This document shows, in pieces, positions 57,090 through 64,000 of a stretch of DNA of 64,000 bases (the stretch's first letter is position 1; each line of letters begins with the position of its first letter). The stretch comes from Candidatus Bathyarchaeota archaeon (GTDB lineage: Archaea > Thermoproteota > Bathyarchaeia > Bathyarchaeales > Bathyarchaeaceae), in assembly GCA_963806645.1 (NCBI GenBank), contig CAWDYQ010000003.1, positions 44,327-108,326 of the forward strand, in the 5' to 3' direction. Both the position numbers and the translations under genes were made by a program. The notes beneath the pieces were generated by a model that saw only the letters and a list, made by a program, of their open reading frames with translations, made no database searches and was not told the DNA's origin.

Positions 57090-57334
57090 TAACAATACCA
57101 AGAGTACGAAGGTACTAGAGACTTAGAAATGAAATATTCAATATTTGGACTTTGTTTGTTGAGGATACTACATAGAACCAGCACCATTCTAGTTTAAGAT
57201 AGATTTCAACCTTAGACCCATCAACAAGTGGGTGGGTTTATGTACACCCAACCAAATTTTAAATAAAAATAAGGGACATCTTTCTTTTAGATTAGATCTG
57301 ATTCTGATTGAGCAATAAGAGGGAGGTGAAAAGT

Positions 57335-57711
57335 ATGAATAAAAAAATATTAGCAGTAACTTTTGCTTTAATTGTTTTTGTTTTTCCAATTAACTTTGTC
57401 AACGCAAAGGGAAGACTCTAACTTTGGAAGAATTAGCTGATAGTGGTGTTCGTTGGTATGAGATTGGCTTTACATATACAAAATCTGGTGGTCCTCCAAT
57501 TGATAGTATAGCTATAACTGTAACAAGCAATTTTGATGATTGGTATATTGATGAATACCCTGAAGACTGGAGTGTTCGTGATCGAACAGAAAATGCAATG
57601 GTTTACTATGCAGATAACAAAGAGTTTATGCTCAAAGGGAAGAGTGTTTTGACTTGGTGGTGGGGAATATACTTACCCGATTTTCCTCTAACGCTAACAT
57701 GGGAAGCATGA
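57335..57711 (+). pseudogene. Secreted small protein, signal peptide and mature part in different frames
   Basis: MNKKILAVTFALIVFVFPINFVNAKGRL-stop; the -1 frame continues KGKTLTLEELADSGVRWYEIGF... to 57711. Confidence 0.55.
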
Positions 57712-57813
57712 ATCATAAAGGAAAAGTAATCTTCAGCGCAATCTTAATCATTTACTCCAACATATAGACCGAAACAAAATCACACTCACCTTTTCTTTTT
57801 TTTCTATGGTAAT

Positions 57814-57915
57814 TTTTTAATCCAACATATTCAGAATATTATGGGTAAGGGGAAAGAGGGGGCAAACAGTTTGTCAAATCTTTTCTTCTAAAGAATATTA
57901 GGGGAGGTGAAAAGC
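57814..57915 (+). promoter_or_regulatory. P module, copy 2
   Basis: TTTTTAATCCAAC ... TAAGGGGAAAGAGGGGGC ... TTTGTC ... CTTTTCTTCT ... GGGGAGGTGAAAAGC-ATG. Confidence 0.65.
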
Positions 57916-58614
57916 ATGAATAAGAAAGTTACTGGAATATTTCTTTTGACTTACAGTAAATATCGTTGCTATTATGATTGCTCCGCATTCACCAAGAATT
58001 TTAATTTACCTGAAGGTGTAAATAGAATTTATAAAAGTGGGGGAGATGTGATTGTTGCTAGACCTGAAGGCTTTCCATTCTAAGTCTGTGGATCTTTGCT
58101 GTTAATCTAGAAGCTGGAGCTCATGGTCCTGGAGAGTCAATAGTTCTACAGATGCAAATCCCTTCAGGAGCGTGGATACCAATTGCACACATCACAACCA
58201 TTGCTGATTCAGTACCGTCCTTTCTGTAATGTGGAGCGGATTACCTGCAGCTAATAACATAATTTCGGTGCTAGATAGTGAGCTCGATGTAGATAGGCAT
58301 GGAAATAGAATAGACTGTCGAGTTGAATGCTCCAAAAGTTATTTCATTGATGTTTGGAGACGTGACTATACCTGCTTTCACTATGGAACTCAACAAAAGG
58401 TCCGGGGTTCAATTCACACAGATTTGATTCCTTTGGATTGGATACCCAGCGCTTCTGGTTACACTATTGAGAAAAATGATGGGGTTTAACGCAGAGGGAG
58501 CATTCACATGTGAAGCTTGGCACTATGCCTAGGAAGAGCAGATGACTGAAGGGTAAAAGGAACCATGCATGGAATCGAGACTTTTATTCCACCACCAACT
58601 TACAAAAATACTAA
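57916..58614 (+). pseudogene. Secreted-protein gene with multiple frameshifts
   Basis: Coherent peptide segments (LTVNIVAIMIAP; FTKNFNLPEGVNRIYKSGGDVIVARPEGFPF; LEAGAHGPGESIVLQMQIPSGAWIPIAHITTIADSVPSF; NIISVLDSELDVDRHGNRI...) are scattered over all three frames. Confidence 0.5.
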
Positions 58615-58909
58615 TAGAGCAGATCACTATTCCGCTCTCCTTCTTTTTCCTTTTTGTAAAATCAGGATATGACATTAAATCGTGAAATTCACTGTCTTGG
58701 GTATAACTGAGTATATTCTAAAAGTGTAGATTCTGATAATACAAATACTAATTATAATTTGAATTAAAATTTATTCAAAATTTAATCTATTTATTTTTTT
58801 AAATCCTTATATAGTCAGTAATGTATTATATATATAGGCATTTTCAGTAAGTTTAACTTCTTTTTTATAGTCTCTAAAAAAGACGAAAATTAATGTGTGG
58901 TGAAACAAA

Positions 58910-59940
58910 ATGAATAAAAAAATATTAGTTTCTATAATGATGGCTACTGTTTCAGCTGGTACGCCGTGCTAACTCCATTAGCTATAGCCAAACCTTGGCA
59001 TTTTCAAAAGAATAATGAGAAGTTTGTAGAATTTGGTGTAACTTTCAATTTTGATTTTGCTTATTCAATTATTGCTATATATACTGCTTTAGATGAAACA
59101 AAAATCCAACAAAGTCGATATTAGTTTTAATGAAATTCGCAACATGATTAAATTAGGGTGGGTGATGATAAAACCTATTATTACACCCCATGGTGCTGTA
59201 TGGAGCATCAGTGGAGATTGGGAATTCTTAGTTAACGGCGCTTATACTCACAAATACACAATCACCCAAACCGGAAATGCATTTACAGGTTCTGGAGCTC
59301 ATTAGCTTCTGGTCCAGTTACCTATTACGAGCTTGTCTCTGGGACCAATCAAATTAGTGGAGCTGTCATAATGGAAGCAGTTTACTACTCCTATTTAGGT
59401 TATTTATTCTTTAACTGGTTACACATTCACCGCTGACTTAAGAATTAACCCAATTGATTTTTCAATGGATGGAATTTTATCGAGCCAAAGTGATCTTCCG
59501 ATTGTATCCAACAACTTCTGCAACTTCGTAGATCTTTTGAGGGCAAAACGATTTCACATATTCAGGTGTTGCAACATTAACTGTGTTTAAGCCAATACTA
59601 CCATATGCCCCACTTTCAAACCTACCATTCTCATTGTTTTTAGCAGGTGAATTCCACCACTTCAGAGTAGATTACATGTATGATTTCGGAGAAGGTGACG
59701 GAGGAACTCACGGAACATGAACAGCTAGTCGGAACAATTACAGGAAATACACTATTCTTAAGCGGTGAAAAACCCATGTGGATTACAAGTCTTCAAGGCA
59801 CTGGCGATTTTGTGAAAAATGTTAACATAAAATCAACAGCAAGCGAAGCACCAAATCACAGCGAAGTTATCAGGATGGCCAGACATATGCCTAATTTAAA
59901 ATTTCAAGGTAAACGCAATTTTCCTTCTTTTTCTTATTGA
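58910..59940 (+). pseudogene. Secreted-protein family member with multiple frameshifts
   Basis: MNKKILVSIMMATVSAG then shifts; the late segment FRVDYMYDFGEGD...TSLQGTGDFVKNVNIKSTA resembles MHFVYTLDFGAGN...GHGTGIFKDIKLQGTA of 56385-56980. Confidence 0.5.
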
Positions 59941-60248
59941 TAAAAACAATAACATTATATTTGGATATGAAATTAAATAACGAGCATACTTAGAGATAAT
60001 TCTATAATGTAGTTCCACAATGCTTAAGTCTAAAATAACTTGTTAACGGTATGAAGCAAGGAAGCAAACTATTAGGAATGAAAGGAATGAACAACCCCCT
60101 TGCTCCATACCACTTTTCAGTTGTTTAGATCCTTAATTTCAAATTGTTAATCTAGAATCAGTATTCGAACATAGGTTATTTCATTTATTCATATTTTCAG
60201 TTTGCTTTACCTTTGAAAGATAAAACAAACATAGAACAGAGGAAATTA

Positions 60249-60602
60249 TCATAATAATTCCCAAAACATGTTTTCCTTCCAACTAACAGTAAATTCTAAA
60301 GCAATAACCGAGTGTTCTTTAAGACTTAGAACGGCTACGATAATAGTCCATAAAGACCAGATAATAATTAATGAAAAAGTAACATATGAAAATAGAATTT
60401 TTTTATTTTCTAATTTAATCACTCCAATAACCCAATAACAAAAGTAACAATTCCCAATAATCCAAAAAGTAACGATTGATAATTTTCCCACAATAAGATG
60501 TTGAAGGATTTGAAATAATGAATGAAAATAAGAAATATTTTTAACTGCAATCCAAAGTAAAAGATAGGAAGAGCAATATAACACTAATTCAATAAATTCC
60601 AA
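60249..60602 (-). CDS. Small 4-TM membrane protein
   Basis: 117-aa hydrophobic ORF. Confidence 0.5.
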   Translation of the reverse strand: MEFIELVLYCSSYLLLWIAVKNISYFHSLFQILQHLIVGKLSIVTFWIIGNCYFCYWVIGVIKLENKKILFSYVTFSLIIIWSLWTIIVAVLSLKEHSVIALEFTVSWKENMFWELL

Positions 60603-60656
60603 TATTCCAACAATTCTTACAGTGCTTACTATACTTACCTTAAATGTAAAGAAAGG

Positions 60657-60700
60657 TTTTTAATGATAAATAAAATTTGGTATGACAACCTGATTTCTTA
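60657..60700 (-). promoter_or_regulatory. Shared AT-rich promoter module (G module) for a minus-strand membrane-protein gene
   Basis: tttttaatgataaataaaatttggtatgacaacctgatttctta; about 85 percent identical to 62996-63040; reverse complement matches 53581-53605. Confidence 0.5.
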
Positions 60701-60795
60701 GAATAAGAATTAATTTTCTAGAACATTTCTCCAATTAATATTAAATGTAACATAAGATGAGTTTATGATGAGTTTATTTTCTGAACTTGCCATTT

Positions 60796-60858
60796 GGGGA
60801 AGAAACGAGACTAGTGTTTTGTTATTTTTTCTCAGATGATATACATCAGAGGAGGTCA
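60796..60858 (+). promoter_or_regulatory. P-module-like leader, partial copy
   Basis: GGGGAAGAAACGAGACTAGTGTTTTGTTATTTTTTCTCAGATGATATACATCAGAGGAGGTCA-ATG parallels 63110-63176. Confidence 0.5.
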
Positions 60859-61481
60859 ATGAATATTACAAATTTAAACAAACATTACCATGATAATTAT
60901 TTGTATGCTAATATATTCTGTTTTTAGTACAGTTATGAGTGTTATACACCAAGACCTGAGATAGGAAGTTCCTGACTTCAAAATGTAGATAATAACGAAT
61001 CTCTGATCCAATTGCTGTAACCTTTAGAATGAAACAATAGAAGTTACAATCCAACCAGTGAATCTTGAATGTGGCTGTTCTCCGGACGGTGTGAATGTTA
61101 GACAGTTTACCAGCAGTGAAGTAGCTAATACATTTGGATGTTTCAGGATGGCTTCACACAACAAAAAGTGGTGATATTAAAGGTGTATAGATCTTTTGAC
61201 TTCAGGTGTTGATGTGCTTGATGAAGAAACTGATGGATACAGACAGGTAACACTATTAATTCATAATACAGAGCTTTATGCCTGTGGATTCGTTGTAAGC
61301 TTTGGGATTACCTGGACCAATCACATATGTATTAGAAACGCTCTTTATCGTTAATCCTGGTACATTGGTGGCAAAGAACATCAATGTACAAGGTACTGAT
61401 ATCATATTAAGAGGAGAATTCTGCAGATATGATTATGATATCCTGGAATTATTAGATATCCACTATTTCATAACTACATAA
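60859..61481 (+). pseudogene. Secreted-protein family member with multiple frameshifts
   Basis: The hydrophobic h-region (MIIICMLIYSVFSTVMSV) is out of frame with ATG 60859; the C-terminal segment KNINVQGTDIILRGEF resembles KDIKLQGTAYHDEF of 56385-56980. Confidence 0.45.
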
Positions 61482-61523
61482 CTATAAACTAAAACTATCC
61501 CTTTCTTTTTTCTCCATAAAACA

Positions 61524-61540
61524 GTAACATCAGATTATTC
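61524..61540 (+). repeat. F motif, short copy
   Basis: GTAACATCAGATTATTC after a T-rich tract. Confidence 0.4.
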
Positions 61541-62223
61541 CATTTATCTAAAAAAAGTGGTAAATTACCTTTCACCTAAATTCTGGAATGTTTTATCACC
61601 ATGTAATACTATATTTAAGTAAATGTATCCTCTATGGTGCAAATGCATTGAAAATAGTGGCAGAATTGAATACTTAGTATCTACAGTTTCCAATTCTATT
61701 CTATATAAACAACCTGAAGTCCATTTGAAGCTTATAGGAAATAAGATTCCTCACCCGAAGATATTGATTCATTCACTGCAACCTTAAAGGGTGTGGAAGA
61801 TGCAGTTGATAAGAAAAGCTGTAATCTGTTGTTATGAGGTCAGCGTATCGTAACTTGGCTTACTATTTTAGCTTCGGTGACTGAATTTTTCACTGTTATG
61901 TTTAGGTAATATTCTTCGAATTGTACAGTCTGTTATGCAGAGGTCTTCCTTTGGGAAAGTGCTTACAGGTAATGAATTTAGAAATACTATTGGCAAGAAA
62001 CACCTGCAATTAACGAAAAAAGTAACTACACTAATACATATGGCTAATGTTCGGTTTATCGCCATCGTGACCTGTTTTATGGTCTTTCGTCTTTAGCACT
62101 TATAATTTTAACTAAGCAACAATATCAGTGCACCTTTTTGTCAATTGTTCGTTTCAACTTCCTGTTTTGAAGACTAAATGAGATATAGTATCAGAAATCC
62201 TTTTTTCTCTTTTTTATAGAAAA

Positions 62224-62273
62224 ATAACATCAGATGTTCTCTTGTACACTAAAAGATTGTGTATTGTTTAGCT
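62224..62273 (+). repeat. F motif, copy 2
   Basis: ATAACATCAGATGTTCTCTTGTACACTAAAAGATTGTGTATTGTTTAGCT. Confidence 0.55.
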
Positions 62274-62296
62274 AATCATTCTAAGATTACTGAGAA

Positions 62297-62970
62297 TCAA
62301 ACTTCATTTATTCTTTCTCTTATCAACCTCTCAACTTTTTGAGGATTACTTATTCCAGAAAAATGTGGATGGTTTTGGGTTTTACGGTATAACTTCCATT
62401 GTGGAACCATTTCATATTCTTTGGTTGCTGCATTATAAACACGCTTCAGCCGATTAGAATAAAATCCCGATTCATGTTCCGAATTACTAAAATAAGCATA
62501 TATTTTTGGAAGATAGGGATAATCCAAAGTTATTGGGTAAATGCTTTTTGTTCCTATTAGTCTATCCCAAAATCCTTTCTTCAAATAAACATCCTTGATT
62601 GAATCCAATTTTATAATGCTTGTATCAACTCCAGATAAACCATGTCCAAAATTATCCCAAAAACGACTGTTTTTACCAAAACCAGTAATAATTAAACGTC
62701 TATCGGTCAAAATGTATCGTGTATATTTATTTTTTCTTAAATAATGACGAAAGGGAATAATTACTATTAAAATTCCAAATCCACAAAAATCAAAGCGAAA
62801 AAGGATGAAAGCTCAGGAAGGTTAATCAGAAAAAGAAAAACTCCAATACTAAACAAGAAACCTGCAAAAAGAATAGATCCTATAGCAGGAAGAAAATAGA
62901 TATATTTGTTGGCTTTTCCTTTCCACACAATCTTTTCAAAAGGATCTAAAATTTCATTTAGATCAGACAT
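62297..62970 (-). pseudogene. Membrane bPH-domain (YdbT-like) protein split by one frameshift
   Basis: 62767-62970 gives N-terminus + TM1; the frame of 62297-62710 extends upstream as FCGFGILIVIIPFRHYLRKNKYTRYILTDRRLIITGFG; the junction is at a T5 run. Confidence 0.6.
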
Positions 62971-62995
62971 TTTTTCCCCTTAAATTCAACTAATG

Positions 62996-63040
62996 TTTTT
63001 AATAATAAATAAAATTTAGTATGATCATGCCTGATTTCTA
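62996..63040 (-). promoter_or_regulatory. G module, copy 2
   Basis: tttttaataataaataaaatttagtatgatcatgcctgatttcta. Confidence 0.5.
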
Positions 63041-63071
63041 AATTAACTATGGTCAGAATAAGCAAGACAAA

Positions 63072-63176
63072 TTTTTAATCCAACTTACACTAATACCATG
63101 TGCAAGGGGGAAGAGGGGGACAATCAGTTTTGTCTATCTTTCTCTAGAAGAAACAACACAAAGTGGAGGTGATAAA
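63072..63176 (+). promoter_or_regulatory. P module, copy 3
   Basis: TTTTTAATCCAAC ... CAAGGGGGAAGAGGGGGAC ... TTTTGTC ... CTTTCTCT ... GGAGGTGATAAA-ATG. Confidence 0.65.
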
Positions 63177-63620
63177 ATGAATAGAAAAACTTTGATAGCT
63201 ACGTTGATGCTTTTAGCAGTGTTGACATGTTCTTTTGTAGGAACTGTATTAGCTAGACCCTTTTTCAAAGATATATCTCTTGAAAAAGCTCACAGAATGA
63301 TAATGTCTAATGGACATCATGATCTTATTGTAATTGATTTAAGACCAACCAGTATGTATGCAGTTTCCCATATTCCAAGTGCAATTAATGTTCCCTTTGT
63401 TAGTTTACCTCCACCACCAAATTTTGCAGTTTTAAATGCTTGGATTTCAAGTCCTGAGGGGCAAAGTCATTTTAATGATAAAATAATTCTTCATTGCATT
63501 GCAGGAATAGGAAGTCCAATAGCAGCTCAAATCCTTATAGATGCAGGTTTTAAGAAAGTCAATAACATGGAAGGGGGCTTCAATGCATGGCTGGCTGCGG
63601 GGTATGAAACAGAATCATAG
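63177..63620 (+). CDS. Secreted single-domain rhodanese-like sulfurtransferase
   Basis: Signal peptide MNRKTLIATLMLLAVLTCSFVGTVLA; IDLRPTSMYAVSHIPSAINVP; active-site loop HCIAGIGS. Confidence 0.8.
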   Translation: MNRKTLIATLMLLAVLTCSFVGTVLARPFFKDISLEKAHRMIMSNGHHDLIVIDLRPTSMYAVSHIPSAINVPFVSLPPPPNFAVLNAWISSPEGQSHFNDKIILHCIAGIGSPIAAQILIDAGFKKVNNMEGGFNAWLAAGYETES

Positions 63621-63778
63621 AGAATAACTCATTCAAAAAATAAACATCAATTGTCTATTTTTTCCTCTTTTTCTTTTTTTGATTTTAAGTAGATACAGTA
63701 GGGAAACAGTTCGTTCAGAGTTTTCTTTCTGGATTCACCTCCCCTAAGTGACTCGGATGAATTGTTCCCTGCAAAAAC

Positions 63779-63894
63779 AAAAAAAAGAAAGTTTTGCGTA
63801 AATTTTAGTTTCAATTAACTCTCTGCTTTAACAGTGTCCTTTTGAAAGCAAAAGGTAAATTCTCTTTTTCTGACTATGTTTTGGTGTCAAAATA
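63779..63894 (+). repeat. A motif, long form + leader (second copy)
   Basis: aaaaaaaagaaagttttgcgtaaattttagtttcaattaactctctgctttaacagtgtccttttgaaagca... Confidence 0.6.
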
Positions 63895-63972
63895 ATGGGG
63901 TTTAGCATAGTTTGCAATGAATGTGGATACGAACTGTATAACGGAAGAAACATGATAATGAATGTTAAATAG
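63895..63972 (+). pseudogene. Truncated paralogue of the 53289 zinc-ribbon gene (25 codons)
   Basis: MGFSIVCNECGYELYNGRNMIMNVK-stop; the second CxxC is lost. Confidence 0.5.
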
Positions 63973-64000
63973 CAGTTTTTTTTAAAGCTAATCCCCAACC

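Noticed and set aside
60765-60784. ATGATGA ... CTGA resembling C and D' boxes of a C/D box sRNA.
   Set aside because: Only 9 nt separate the boxes, and no proper C'/D (CTGA) pair follows. The segment is part of the duplicated promoter/leader region.
51019-63894. Recurring A6-GGGGAG-T4-GC motif considered as a CRISPR-like or integron attC-like array.
   Set aside because: The copies are irregularly spaced (0.5-7.5 kb), occur in both orientations and vary in length. They lack the regular repeat-spacer structure and the R''/L''-L'/R' symmetry of attC. No adjacent cas genes or integron integrase are present; the only integrase is 11 kb away inside another element.

Overview
AT-rich archaeal chromosome segment. 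It carries archaeal/eukaryote-like informational genes: aEF-1alpha, ribosomal S7/S12, NAC, thermosome, Tsr3 and a eukaryote-type topoisomerase IB. Lineage cannot be assigned from sequence alone; Topo IB plus a RING-like mini-protein would fit an Asgard/TACK-type archaeon (inference). All homology statements come from motif recognition by eye, with no database search and no computed GC or statistics. I recognised no rRNA, tRNA or CRISPR array. The window has three zones. (i) 0-38.7 kb holds mostly intact core, transporter and redox genes. It includes an unusual same-strand operon at 27.96-31.27 kb: a TM/zinc-ribbon protein, then a DUF2207-like membrane protein ending in a (Cys-Ala)n tail, then a PqqD-like-RRE/radical-SAM/SPASM enzyme. 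I rate this the best candidate for an undescribed system. (ii) 39.3-50.4 kb is an integrated plasmid-like mobile element. It encodes a tyrosine integrase, a prim-pol/helicase Rep, its own TFB/TFIIB homologue, zinc-ribbon and wHTH proteins, a stand-alone MgsA/RarA C-terminal domain and a ~869-aa beta-propeller surface protein. I did not find att sites. (iii) 50.6-64 kb is an accessory island that begins at a truncated HAD-hydrolase gene. It contains many tiny Cys-rich zinc-binding proteins (including a RING-like C3HC4 protein and a C2H2 micro-protein), small membrane proteins and a paralogous family of signal-peptide proteins. Most of the paralogues are broken by +/-1 indels. The island also re-uses promoter/leader modules and has several short repeat families.
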